In this document: positions 11,850-24,499 of the stretch, piece after piece
Layout: each line of letters begins with the position of its first letter
How positions within the stretch are numbered: position 1 is the first letter of the stretch
Assembly: GCA_001949185.1 (NCBI GenBank)
Contig: BDGG01000001.1
Location: 7,936,695 to 8,000,694 of the forward strand
DNA length: 64,000 nucleotides
Direction: 5' to 3'
Source of the DNA: Ramazzottius varieornatus
Taxonomy: Eukaryota; Animalia; Tardigrada
Translations under genes and position numbers: made by a program
Notes under the pieces: generated by a model
Seen by the model: the letters and a program-made list of their open reading frames with translations, nothing else
What the model was told of the DNA's origin: nothing
The model's database searches: none

Positions 11850-13014
11850 NNNNNNNNNNNNNNNNNNNNNNNNNNNNNNNNNNNNNNNNNNNNNNNNNNC
11901 CCCATTTTTGTCCATCCCCACATTTAGGCCAGGCGCGTGTACTGTAATGGAAGGAATAGGGCTATGCTATCGGTTGATGGAGGGAACTAGTATTCTAGCA
12001 ATATAGGGTAACTTCAATGTTCTTAGGGGCTCGTAGAGAACGTAGATTAGTGATTGGATGCATAGCGCTAACGAAACAGTGCTGGAGGGAGCCGGACATC
12101 CGCACACGGATCTGGACTGACGACTGAAGTTGCCGACTGAAGGTCACCTTATAAGGACGGGATGAATGTGATCAACCGAAATTTACCGACGTTGGATCGA
12201 ACTCTTCAAGTTGGTGTGAGCAATTACCGACAGCGTAAATTTGGGTGTGAACCTTGCACCGAAAAATCGTTCCGGTGTGCATTCGCACCAGAGAGAAATT
12301 TTTCTGGTAAATCGAAACGTACCGAAAGACGCAAATAGATGGGGGTTTGACCGCTTTTAGTGGTGCCGCGAACGTTTTCGGCCTTCTTAGTGTACCTTTT
12401 CTAAGCAGAAAAACCTCCCGCCACTCAAAACCACACCAGAAAGTCTACAAATGCCCAGTTTTAAGACAGCTTCGTCTGGTTTTCTGGTTAATGAGATAAG
12501 CATTTTCTCGGTGCGATTCGGTTTGGTAGATCGAGATTTTGGTGTGGCAGCTGAGTAAATCGGAAATATTCGATGCGGACCTCATACTAAAAATTTCGAT
12601 TCGGTGTGTGCATCTACAAAATCGAAATACATCAAATCAACCTTAATCACACTTATCCCATCTCTACCAGCTTACAGCTCATATAGTACAATAAAGGAAA
12701 CATGGCGAATATCAAATACGTTTGTACATTTGTTAAGAGATCAAAGAGGCGTAGCGCACAACACGAAGCCTGAACCATGTATGCCTAGAGACAAGAGTTG
12801 ACAATCGGTTAGGCTGAGATCTCTAGCCAGTCCTTCAGGGCATGACAAGTCCTATCATCACAGTATGTGTACCGGGTCCGAAACTCGTTACGCATGACGG
12901 ACACGGAAAGTTCAGGTTGTCAGGAATTTCCGGGTTGCGCACGTCAAGAGGATGATAGGCAGACGTGACGCTTTCTACCGTCGATGGAAGGAATGCGACC
13001 TAGCTTAGTCTCAG

Positions 13015-14047
13015 ATCTACCACAACCTACGGTCCTCAGACAAACTTCAAGACTCGCCTCTCGAAGACATCCATTCAAAACCAAAATTTACCGATCGATC
13101 CGGAGGCTCAGTCCCCTTGCAGGATCTCTTGGCAGGGCCGATGCATAACGCAACGCCGAAGCCGTTCTATCTGCACTACATCCGTTTCAAGCCGGACAAT
13201 AACAACACAGAACTGAGGTTTACAGACTTTCTTAGCGTGATGTCTGGTGTACAATATTTAAAACCCGATGGTATCCTGATTCATGGCGACTTCGCTCCGA
13301 CCGGTTTGTGAGACTTACGTACGTTCTCTTTTAGTGAGATGGCGGCCTAATCATCTTAACTGCTTTCTGCTTGTAGGTCCACATTGGGATAACCTGACCA
13401 GCAGAAATCTCATTCGTCAAGTTCCGATGGTTCGACCGACAGATGTCGGCATCAGGCTAGGCAAGCCCAAGAAGCTCGGTTTCATCGAGCATTCCGCTGA
13501 CATTGCTAAGCTGGATGTGCTTCTCAAGTACGGCGGAATCGCTGTCGACTTTGACGTGTTCTTCGTCAGAGGGCAGCACATCAAAGACATTCTACAAACC
13601 AAGAAGTCCATCACGTGCTACGGCGACCGAGATGGGAATAACATCGGTCTGGTGGCTGGTCGCCAAGACTCCAAATTCCTCTGGGCATGGCGAAGGTCTT
13701 ATCGGGATGTTTACGTGGGAGAATGGAACTTTAACCAAGCATTCATCAGCATGTATCTGACAGCATTGTTTCCAGAAGATGTCTATGTGCTTGACCACGT
13801 GTGTAATAACCCCCATCCTGATCGAGACTTGAACAAGTTTTTCCACCAATACGGCAAGATTGAATGGAAGAACTCGGCTGCGATACATTCGTACGAGCGC
13901 CACGGTGGCGTCAGCATTCAAAGTAGCGAAGATCTCTTCAAGGAACCGCTAACTACCCACAAAGAGATGCTCCAGTATATTTACTTCAATAGGAGCTTAC
14001 CTCCGATTGCCAGAGCTTTCAAGGACGAAGTTTTTGCAGCACCGTAG
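13015..14047 (+). CDS. GT32 / DxD sugar-binding glycosyltransferase (alpha-1,4-GlcNAc/Gal transferase-like); 5' exon not resolved
   Basis: HYIRF..FTDFLSVMS..LKPDGILIH; intron 13304-13376 (gtttgt..ttgtag) joins in frame to HSADIAKLDVLLKYGGIAVDFDV (HxxDxxR..LxKYGGIYxDxD-type motif); open to stop at 14047. Confidence 0.85.
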
Positions 14048-14455
14048 GGCAACTGACGGGAAAATTCCGTCGAATTACCCGAAGGACTTTCTTCTGTTTT
14101 CGTTTTACGTTTTACTATTTCTGTTCATCTGTTCGGAGGCTATTTTACCAAAACCTTCAGTTTCCTTTTCTGTCGTCAATTCGGACGGAACGTGTTTGCC
14201 AGAACAGATCGAGTAGCTCGTCATGATGGAATGTGTCTGTGGACTGTGTCCCCGCGATCTGTATCGACTACGATAAGTTACATAATAAAGATTTTTCCCT
14301 TTCTAGATCGTAATCCATTCAGAAAACTTCAGAAGTCTCGGTGCATAACTCGCTAGTTTCAGTGTCGTCGCTATTGTGTTGCGCACTGTACACAAACACC
14401 GCTCTACCTGTCTGTGGTTTGAATTGAGGAAAACTGGAGAAGATTTGACAGAGAA

Positions 14456-14998
14456 ATGAGACCTTCGCAGACATTGGTCAGCGGTCTTTCGGTACGTCTC
14501 TAAGTTGTATGATGACCATTAAACATCTTATCCACGACTGGTATCCACCCGTACTTGTCGTGACGAAATATTCCTTTGTAGGTTTGCGTCCTGTCGCTGT
14601 GCACCTTAAAGTTTGCCGACAGCAAAGTATTCAACATCCACAAAGTGGATGACACGGTTCTTCACTATCCACACTTCACCGGAAAGCTCCAGATTCCTGA
14701 CGGAAAGACGCTGGCCATCCAGTGCTCCAGCATCACGGCTATAACGATACTCGGAGCAAAGTTTGCCAAATCAACGACCGTGGTGGAAACAACGACATCG
14801 AACACTTACCTTAGATACCCGCAGACTTCGAATGCTACTTGTCCAGAAAGCAACATGATGAACTATGTAACGAGTGTCTGCGGCCGGGAACGGACCAGCT
14901 CATGTGCCATTAAAGCCATCGATCCTCTGCCTTAAACGGAAGCTAACGCAGCCTGCCGACCTCGAGTTCTGACGGTAGATTTTAAATGCGAAAAGTAG
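14456..14998 (+). pseudogene. Secreted SUEL/galactose-rhamnose lectin-like gene with in-frame TAA
   Basis: ATG 14456, intron 14492-14581, signal peptide. LAIQC..ITILGAKF..C..VTSVC..SSCAI; after TAA at 14933 the frame continues CRPRVLTVDFKCEK-stop, completing the domain pattern. Confidence 0.6.
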
Positions 14999-15475
14999 CA
15001 GAATTGATTGTACTGCATTGGCATCTGAATTCATGCATTAATATAGTGTCGCAGTATGAAGCTTCCGAACGATGAGATTTTGTCTAAATGTTATTGATAT
15101 TACCGTTTTGTGCAAGGCAGAGCAAAAGAGGACATGCTGTGTTTCGGAATAATTTTAGATATCCATAAGAATAAAGACAAGGGGGCGATTTCATTACTTT
15201 TCCGCACACACAGTTGACAAACAGATTCTGACGAGACGAACTCGACAAGTCGCAGTTCAGTGATACACGCGAGCACTGCGGGGACCCTCTTGAAAACTGT
15301 TCTCAACATCGTATGTACCCATGATGCGAAAGAACAGCGCGAAAGAAGTTGGTCAGAAGGTGGCATCTTGCCGTGAACACTAAGTTGATTTCAGCAGTTT
15401 GACGAAGCTTGACCGTGCTAGAAGCCTGTACCTTGTGAGTGCAGATGGCAAATCTTTCCAGTCTCGATCTTCAAC

Positions 15476-16002
15476 ATGGCAATGGCTCAGGCAGTTTACT
15501 TACTGGTAAGCATTTTTATGCTAGCGGAAAAGTAGTCTGATGGATTTCCATTCGCGTCCCGAGGGCCTAAACAGTTAAATCTCTCTAGGTTGTCACCTGT
15601 CTGTCCGCACAAAGTCCCTTATTTACCTCGACCTGTGCTGCCACCACGAAGAACCGCCGTCTGCAACCAACTACCTATACTGTGCCATCGACTACCACTG
15701 AGGGAGACCTGACGGGAAGAAAAATAATACCAAGTGGTCAAAATGGGACGGTCGCTTGTCCGCTCGAGTCTTCGCTGCGCATCCAGAACGTCAGTTTTTT
15801 CACTCGACCGAACAGACACACCGACAGGAGCGGATCGTCAAAAGTATCAACTTGCAGTACTGGGAGGTTTGCCGAAGCTGCACGCAAAGCCTGCGACAAC
15901 CAAGACGAGTGCCTTCTTCCCGGCAGTAACGTAATTCCGCCGACCTGTATCGGTCGACCATTGTTGGTGAACTACATGTGTTTGCAACTCCCGGGTAAGT
16001 GA
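15476..16002 (+). CDS. Secreted SUEL/Gal-lectin-like protein (paralogue of upstream gene)
   Basis: ATG 15476, intron 15506-15588, signal peptide. VACP..LRIQNVSF..C..ARKACDNQDECLL..C..LLVNYMC cysteine pattern; gtaagt at the end may be a further donor. Confidence 0.65.
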
Positions 16003-16386
16003 CACCTTCAACCTCTAACTTTAGGCTCGTGAGTCAAGGATTGATAGCACAGCACGTGAAACCGATGGTTATGACTTCTGCGGCATAATTCCACACTACG
16101 AAACTTTGATGTTTGCGTTTGTTTTCTAATACCCACCAGCAGCCGACGACGAGCCCATGGATATAGCGGCGCTACCCACAGAACTGCTTCCGACTTAAGC
16201 AACCCCAAAATGTGATGGCGAGAGGAGCGGAAACTACCTTTGATTGATATGCGGACATATTGAAACGTCCCTTCTGTTTAGTTTAATCCACACGCGAGCC
16301 AACTTTCAACTGTGAAAGGCTAGAAACGCAAATGTTATACTTTATTGCGTAGACAGTACACCACAGCAATTAATAGTCTGCCGTAA

Positions 16387-16770
16387 CTAGCAAGTGGTCC
16401 TGACCACTGGAAAGGCCGAGCGCGCGCGGGGAACAAGTAGCCGTAGCACATTCGTAGCCCAGTACAGCCCAGTACAGCTAACCGTCGTTCTTCCACGGTT
16501 TTCTCTTGGATAATCGGAGAATTGGCTAGCTTAGCGGGATGGTTAAAGTGGAAGCACTCTGAGAACATGCTACAAACGAAAGCCCCATGGCGAACTCATT
16601 CTTGCCAAGGTCCAGAACCGCGTCTTCTAATGTTGTTCCTTGGGCCTTGTGGACTGTCAATGCATGAGCCAAGGACAGCGGTATCTGATTTCTGGACAAG
16701 GGTTTTCCGGCAGTGTCATACCACGTTTGTTTGAACTGGAATTTCCCATTGAGGCTTCTCATAGTAGGAT
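16387..16770 (-). mobile_element. Helitron 3' fragment (PIF1 helicase C-terminal motifs plus 3' terminus)
   Basis: QIPLSLAHALTVHKAQGTTL..DLG..EFAMGLSFVACS; minus strand ends with hairpin agtggtc-ag-gaccact then CTAG|T at 16387. Confidence 0.7.
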
Positions 16771-16828
16771 CCTCCTGATAACAAATTATTCAGTATGACT
16801 TGTCCGTTTCTTCACGTCTAACTTTAAA

Positions 16829-16886
16829 ACTTTTTTTTAAATTTTTTTTAAATTTTTAAATTTTTTTAAATTTTTTTAAATTTTTT
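16829..16886. repeat. (T5-9AAA)n low-complexity tandem repeat
   Basis: About five units of tttttttaaa. Confidence 0.85.
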
Positions 16887-18897
16887 CTCCGAAGTGAATT
16901 AAGTTACCACTTCGCTTCCTTTTCTGCAGTACAGTACAAAGTTCTGTTCTCTAGATCTGCTCGTGGATAGTTGAATCTGTCGCGGCTGCAGTTCAGAAAA
17001 ATAGCTATGTCGACGCTGAAGTTTTGAAAACATTTTAGTTCAAAATGAAAGTATTTTTTATTGTCCATGCCTGAGCCTTCAAAAGCCTACCAAATATGGC
17101 AGACAGAGCACCATACTCAGTCCTCTCAAAAGCCCGGTTAGAGCTTTTGCAAAAGAGTCCGGTATATCCAGTCGAAAAGTAAGACGAGACCTGCACATGG
17201 AAGGCGGGTTCCCCTAAACTCACGGAGACTACGATCCAGACACGTTTCCGCATACGGATATGTAGGAGTTTGAGGTACTTTCTGACACTACCGCCGAAGA
17301 CCTTGAATAAGTTCGGAAGCAGAAAAATTAAAAATAATTACCCTCACTGAAGTGGCGCAGCGCTCTGGTCGGTTTTTCCGGGAGCATTTTCAAAAATTTG
17401 TGTTTTGGAAACTGTACGAGTTGCAGTTAGAAGGTTTTGAGCCTCGATTGGATGATACTGGCTCTGAGCATTTGAAGAACTAAATTATTTCTCGTGCCAG
17501 ATTACTTTCAACCACAAAACATCACAGAGAAGAGGAGGTAAGCAAAGACTTTTCTCGACTTCTTTCGCTCCAGCTGTCTCCTCCCAGTCTAATCGTAAGA
17601 AATCCGCTTGTATACGAAAGAAACACAAAGAGTCTATACATTGCTCAGAATACTTTTTCGAAACTAATCGAAAAGTCCCACGACGAACACAGATAGAAAC
17701 TTCAAAGTTACCCCCCAAAAATCGGCCAAGTCATACTGAGACCCTGAATACTGTACATACATCGCATGAGCACTCGCGTCCGTGCGCCTGAATAGGGGAA
17801 TTGCAAAACTAATAGAAGAATTTAAAAAACAAGCACTAATGGATTTTAAAAATTATTGTTTCGGAAAGCGTTCGTTAGAATCTTTCAGAAGTTGCAAAGC
17901 TAGCGCCACTCTGCGCGAAACGACGGGTGAAAGGAATTCAAGTCCGCCATGGTGAACTGCCTGGCAATAATTAGCCCATCAAGTTAAAGAAAAGCTGGCC
18001 AAAATGCATTTTGATTGTTTGATTGTCCGGAACGGAAGCCCCTCGCTAGCCGGGCACGAATTACGTTCCTCTACGGCATCTGCCAGCCGAAGGATTACTC
18101 GAGGATATTCTTGACCGACTTAAACTGACTGACAATGTCTCTCGTGGCAAACGAAACGAACCTCCCTTCGTTTCGTGAGCCACAAATGAATTCCTTATCT
18201 CTTGAATTTTAATCAATTTTTAATGGATTTGTTTCGTGCAGCAGTTCGTTTCTTGGATTTCTTCGTATGCTTTGCAATTCTCCTAATGAATAGGCAGGCG
18301 TTTTTCTAAATCTGTTCTACTCGGTGTTATGCCCCATTCGTGCTTACGCGTCGGCGACAGAAGACAGCAGTAAAAACGTTTTTTTAGTGACGTCATGGTT
18401 CGCACTTCCAGCGGCGAAAATTCTGCGGCTGCAACAAAAGTTCTTGATTGGCTCAATTCAACTGCTTTGCTCAGCCTGTCTACCGGCTGAATGCACGCAG
18501 TGCAAATTTTCGTCAACCAAGCAGTCCTGTAGTTGTTCAGCGTTCGAGTGAATTCAATCAAGTCAAACGGTGACGGAACCGCTGTTTTTAGGTGCGTGCC
18601 GTCATATTTTGATGCTCACTGCACACCTGCGCTCGACACCTGTTCCTTCGTTCGCCAAATTCGCCAGAAACTGAGAATTTCCAGCAAGTTTATTCCAGCT
18701 CTTGTTTTGCGCTTTCGAACGCCTTGTGTGTCTCTAGAAATTGCAGGATAGTACGAGGATACCAGCATGGCTGAAAAAGAAGGGAGTTCCCCCACCATCA
18801 GGCGGAAGAGACAGCAGCCGACAAAGACGCTGTGAATCGGAAGAAGGTGATGAAGGGAGCTGCAGCCATGGAGATACCCATGTGTTCGACAGACTAA

Positions 18898-19130
18898 ATC
18901 GACAGCAATCCGGAAGAATTCTGGATATCTGCAAGCGGAAAGTTCCCTCTTTTGAGTCGCCTCGCACTCGACATACTGGCGATTCCAGCTGCATCGAGTA
19001 CGCCGGAGCGCGTTTTTGCCATTGCCACCCTATCGACCATAGGGAAGGCGAAAAGGCTGGCTGGACGCCATTTGGAAGGAAAAGTGCTGTGTCTGCGTAA
19101 CACCGCTCATCTTCCTGGTATAGATGACTA
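18898..19130 (+). mobile_element. hAT transposase C-terminal dimerisation-domain remnant
   Basis: NPEEFW..KFPLLSRLALDILAIPAASSTPERVF..RL; nearby aaacg/cgttt and atatta repeats resemble subterminal arrays. Confidence 0.8.
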
Positions 19131-20107
19131 ATCTGTTTCGGTGTGTTTTCTGCTCGACGGTTCGAAGATATATTCTTGGAATTGTGGTCTATCTGTTGCT
19201 GGATCTGAAGAAGATCTGGTCAGATGATAAAAGTGTGTAAGACGGAAAGTTCCCTGGCTTCGGTGACACCAGAGCGATGTTAGGACTGAGGAGGAAAGTT
19301 CCCTTGCTGTGTTCACACGCCTATCAGATGTTTTATAATATATTATAATAAGCAGCCGACGAAACAAGATGATATATTAACATCATATTAGATGCTTCGA
19401 GGTCGCGACATATCATATTAAGATTATATTCGAACTCCGGCAGCTCGGCTTACTAAATCAAAATTATATTAGGTCGGGATACCCTTATGCCAACATCACT
19501 CCATAACATAAACACATACAGTAGGGAAGTGTTGCGGACGTTGAACTGTAGTTGCAGAAATGCAAGCACAAAAATTTGTGAAACATTGAAAAGGGAGGAA
19601 CGAAACTGGTCGTATTCCGTGAATGGAATACGTATGATGAGAAAGTTTGGGGGAGTGAAAAGTTTGGGCCAACCGGTTCGAAACAGCGGAACGATAGCAT
19701 GTACAGTGTAGGCAAACAAGCTTAAGGTACTGTGACGTAAGAGGTAATAAGCTGATCAAGCTGCAATCTGGAGGCGCGAATTGCAGCTTGACCAGCGGAT
19801 TTCTTCGAGCCGAAGTTCTTACGTCACCAGTTAAAAACTCGATTCTAGCACTGCCCCCTTTTAGAGTACCTTATTTGCCTATACTGTATGTACGTGTACA
19901 ATTCACACCACTGCACTTTCTGACAATTTTCTAAAGTTGAACTCTCCTTTCTGCAGTCTTTCCGTCTGATCCAAACGTTTTAGTGGCTCGAACTTTCTCG
20001 TTATTCGTGTACTTCTGATGATGGAAGAATGGCGGCAGCTCAGTCGCTTGGGTTGCAGCTTCACTACTATAGAGTCGAAAGGGGGCGCCACTAGTTCAAC
20101 CGATGTA

Positions 20108-20237
20108 CTGTACTATCGAGATACACACGGCCGGCCGTATGCCGTGCACCCCCGGGTAGAGTAGCTCAGTTTACAGCACGTATAGCGGGGATGTAAAACG
20201 TACGCCTGGCCGTGTGTACGGTACCTCGGTAGTACAG
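20108..20237. mobile_element. Tc1/pogo-type MITE (~130 bp)
   Basis: TIR ctgtactatcgagatac / gtacctcggtagtacag, TA-flanked; inner acacggcc/ggccgtgt inverted pair. Confidence 0.7.
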
Positions 20238-20541
20238 TATACAAAACAATTCACTGGTGGTAGCGTGACAAATGTGGAAAAAAGACATCACGGCCAATGT
20301 ATTAAGCCTTTGGTCAATCGAACCATAAAGACGAAGAGGCGGGACGTAGGGTGGTAAAATATGCAATTCCTCCTAGTACTCTATTTGCTCGATGGTTCTC
20401 CACAGTCACATGAGAGGCCCTGGGTGATCAAGGTTCAGTCATTAGTACCCGAGTGTAACCGTTTTTGGTGAGGATGCCAGTTTTATGGAGATATCACCAG
20501 ATAAACACGTCCTTTCCGAGGTGGTTCGCACCTAAACACGT

Positions 20542-21045
20542 CCCTTCTGAGAATGGGACTTTGTCATTTTTCTTGCTGACGTAACGTATACGTCACGCGT
20601 TCATCTCCAAATAAGACGGCTCTAAAGCTTTGACCGTCTAGTCTTTTCCGAAGCCATGCATCCGCCCAAAGTCGAATCCTTTCTGAGCAGATCAATGAAA
20701 TGAATAAAACGTCCATATTCATTGACCGACACCAGGATGACAACCGTTTTTGGCCACTCGGAGTATCGGAAAATGTCTGAAAGCTCGGCAAACAAAGTCA
20801 ACCAGACGAATTTCCCAGTGACGTGAATTTTTAGTGCTATTGGTTGACGTTCGGAAATTGGACCGGAAATGCGCAAAAACCGTTTTGTGTGGTCAGCCAT
20901 CTCAGAACAGACGGTGTTTTGAGAGACAACAGCTTCGGAAAAGACTAGACGGTCAGGGTTTCAGACCCGTCTTCTCCGAGAGCAAACGCGTGACGTATGC
21001 GTCACGCCAGCAAGAAAAAACAGCAAAGTCCTATTCTCAGGAGGG
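20542..21045. mobile_element. Foldback-like MITE with ~110-bp imperfect TIRs
   Basis: cccttctgagaat..ttttcttgctg..tgaccgtctagtcttttccgaagc mirrored by gcttcggaaaagactagacggtca..cagcaagaaaa..attctcaggaggg; no TSD found. Confidence 0.7.
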
Positions 21046-21130
21046 AAGAAACTGAAGTAAGGTCTTCGCCCATCTTCTTGTACATATTGGGATGCTGATA
21101 CATAGCACATAACTATGTTTGTCGTTGCAG

Positions 21131-21535
21131 TGATTCCGCCGCTTGCTTACGGAAACGCTCTTTGGGTCGGGGAAAAGCAAACCATATTGTTTTGCTGGGA
21201 GATTCTCGCATCAGACAGCTTCGTGATGGATTAATTTACCATCTCACTGGTATGGAACACGATATTTACGCCAATACATCTGCCACAAACATCAAAGCAA
21301 CCGCTAACAAGCATGGAAGTACGGTGACCGTGATACCAATTGCCAATTCACGCATCGAGTTCTTTTGGATGGTGGAAATGGATGCAGGAGATGGCGCTTT
21401 GGGAGCGGCACTTCGGGGCTTGAAGCTTCGGAAATCCAAGCCCGACCAGATCATCATTAGCTCAGGAGTGTGGATTATTAAACGATGCACCGCCGAAAAC
21501 ATTACACAAGACATCTGTCTCCAGGATTTTCGAAA
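21131..21535 (+). CDS. CASD1 / PC-esterase-like SGNH domain exon (O-acetyltransferase-like); partial, possibly pseudogene
   Basis: Acceptor ttgcag at 21130; ACL..HIVLLGDSRIRQL (CASD1 catalytic GDS motif), IEFFW, KPDQIIISSGVW; flanking exons not found. Confidence 0.7.
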
Positions 21536-23026
21536 GTACTACGGTCGTTGACCCAAACCACTATAGAGCAACCACTCCCGTACAGCCTAGCTAGGGTGGT
21601 ACATGTGTATAACTTTCATCCACCGGGAGCTCCAACACCACCGCGCATCGCTTTACCTTCGAACCTGTACTACCGTTCGTTGTCTTTGGCATTCTCCACA
21701 AGATGTAAAAGAAAAGAGTGCTGGTAGTCCCTGGAGCATTTCACACCGCCTACTACGAGTCCTCACTTTCTACATCAGAGGACCGCCGACCAGCGCTAGC
21801 CTTATCATCCAGTGCCTCAGCAAGGGCAAGTGTCTTGACGTTCTCAACGCGGCTGCCATCACGCCAAGACCAAAGATCGCCACGGCTAGCCATCCCGACA
21901 ACTTGGGGCCGCTTTCCTAGTCGCGAATCTCTTCGAAGTGTGGACTTGGAACCATAGGCGCATGGGAAAGCGAACTGCAGTTTTTCTTGTCCTATCTGAA
22001 AGACCGCAGCCAGTGAGTGGAGATGAACTACCAAAAGTCACAGCGAAGAACGATCCAATCTGGAGTGCCACAGGGAACCTGCCTGGGTTCTCTACTGCTC
22101 ACCATCTTCCAAAACCATATGCTAAAAGTGCCTGGAGCTGACTGAAGAGGGCGAAGCACAGGTTTTGGCTAACGACGAAAGTTTGGAGCAGTGAAAAGTC
22201 TGGAACAAGCGTTTCCAAAATAGCGGCACGGAAGTCCTTACGTACGTGTGCAATTCACACCAATGCGCTTTCTGTGAATAATTTGACGGTACGCAAAAGA
22301 ACAAAAGCCGGCCGTTTATTATTCACGAAGAAATAAAGCGTTATTGTGCATGCTAATTGATTGGCGAGTATGCTTGATCGAAGGATAGTGTTTTTCTGTC
22401 CCCGCACCGATGATATTTATCGGCATGTTACGTGAGGGCGGGAGAATTTCGAGGGGATTAGCGATAGATCCCGTAATCACCCAGCTCCGCAGTCTTTGCC
22501 AGAGAAAGATGCCTCTCTCGGATAGAAGTGCCTCCTGAGGCGGTCACAGCACTTGGATCTGTCATTTTGTATGTTCAGAACTGACAACGCAGTTGCGTCT
22601 ATAACTTTCTCGCAAACCTCCAGCTCATTTCTGGACCTTCGGTAATGATAGTAATACGTCCACCACGGTGACTAGTGGTGAACTCGAAATTTTCTGGTTG
22701 ATCTCACCACATTTCATCTAACCAAAGAATTAGTAAGAAGTGGTGAGAGGAGCCCTCATCGATAATTTCTTCAAGATACAGTAGCTTGAACGGTCTGTGT
22801 TTTGACAATGGTTGTGCATCGCATCCGCTCGACGGCAAGAGTGGTAGGACAGAACTTTTCGACATGTCGAAAAGTTTCAGAACATATGCTCTGCCCGGGC
22901 CCGGGTAAGAAACTCTTTCTGTCGGTAAAAATTGAGTTTCGGAGCCCTTTCTTCCACCTGACAGTTTGAAGACAGAACTTGTTTTATCAAATCGGAAAGG
23001 GGCAACCGATAGCACCTTCGCTGTTG

Positions 23027-23080
23027 TACAAGCGGTTCGCCCACCTTCGGCTCGCTCGCAGCTTGCTGTGTGGTAGGAAA
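23027..23080 (-). repeat. Copy of putative Helitron 3'-end hairpin
   Basis: Reverse complement caagctgcgagcgagccgaaggtgggcgaaccgcttgta matches 36257-36297. Confidence 0.6.
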
Positions 23081-24499
23081 AATACCGTTTAAGTGTACAT
23101 GCACAAACTACTGAGTTTCGGGGAGTAAATTGTACAGGCGTATCCGCACTGGGAAGGGACTATCCCAGGAGTAAAGTCACCCAAGAGCGTGTGGAAGTTG
23201 GTCGGTTGAGCTCGCAATATTCTGCAGATCCGCAGTTTATGTCCAAGATCTGCAACACCTTTCTTAGCACATTTCGGAAAACTGCGAGGCGGGAATTTGG
23301 TTAGAGTAATTGAACATTTGAAAATCGTTTATACCGCTTGGAATGTGGTGAGGAGGCTAGATATGACCAATTTCGATCAAAAGTGTAAAGATGTGGCAAA
23401 AACCTTCACGAAACTGTTCGAAAAAGTGACTTTTCTGTAGGCTGACCACTGCGGTTTTTTGAAGATTTAATTTTAAGAATTTGCTTATCTGCAATCTTCC
23501 CGAATTTTTTTAGAAGAGATTTCGCACATTCCATTCCCAATAACTGAAAAACAATAAACAAAATTGGAAAACAACGCTGATGCGTAACGATAAGACGAAC
23601 AGGCTATCACAGAATAAATCACAGATCGTCCGAAAATGATCAGTTCACATTTGTGAAAAAGGAATCTCGCGATATAAAAGTGGAAGTTTGGTCTAACAGC
23701 TTTGCCCATTCAGATAAGAATTTCTTCTCGACGAATAAAACGTTACGGAAACTTGGATCTCACTGACTTTTATTGCCGAGCGAAGGGGGTATCATATTCC
23801 GAACAGCCGCGGTCATTCCTGTTCGGAAGACAGAAAGTTGAGGAGGGGTCATGAAAAGTAGGTTTGTGGCGCCAGAAGCACGTTGGAGTTTTTGGCTCCG
23901 ATAATAGGGGGCGGTTCATCATATGCGCGGTTCGAGACAGCCATAAAAACAAATCCCATTATTTATTATGAGGGGGTAAGCTCCAAGTAAGGCCGAAGTT
24001 CACAGTACCTGGCCGTGTTCGAAACTGTGTTTCTTTGCTGAGCAATAACGACCACTGACAGAAAGCCACTGAATTTTGAATATCGCAAAAATTACATATA
24101 AAATTTGAATGTGGAATAAACCAAGAAATAATATCGGTAGCTACATCTACAGACGGCGGCCCGTCAGTGCAGAAACTCGAAAGATTCGTGGCCAGTGGTT
24201 TCTCAATCACTATCCAACAAGATTTCAGGACTTAACACTATTGTAAATATATTCGGTGCGTCCGCGCAGCACGTCGGCGGAAACGCGTGAATCGACAACA
24301 AGTGCAAATCGCCCCCTGGAGATCCGAGTTGATTGCTTGAAAGCCTTCCATTCAACCTCTTGACTTAAATCTTCGGTTTTCAATTATTCCGCGAAATTCG
24401 TTTCTCTTGTACTTTCGCTCTCTTGTTGAACCTTCTACTCTCTTGATTCCACAATAACTGTGGGTGATCATTGTCAGTATATAGTGTATAATGTTCCGG

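Larger units (their letters stand above)
10014..11939. mobile_element. Pair of inverted TA-flanked element ends abutting assembly gaps
   Basis: cacgcgcctggcccgaatgtggggatggacaaaaatgggg at 10014 and its near reverse complement ending at 11939; each runs toward an N gap. Confidence 0.5.

Noticed and set aside
12170-12620. accga/tcggt-rich segment as a MITE
   Set aside because: Repeat polarity is suggestive, but no convincing TIR pair or TSD.
20150-20200. gtagctcagtt as a tRNA A-box
   Set aside because: No cloverleaf or B-box; it lies inside a MITE.
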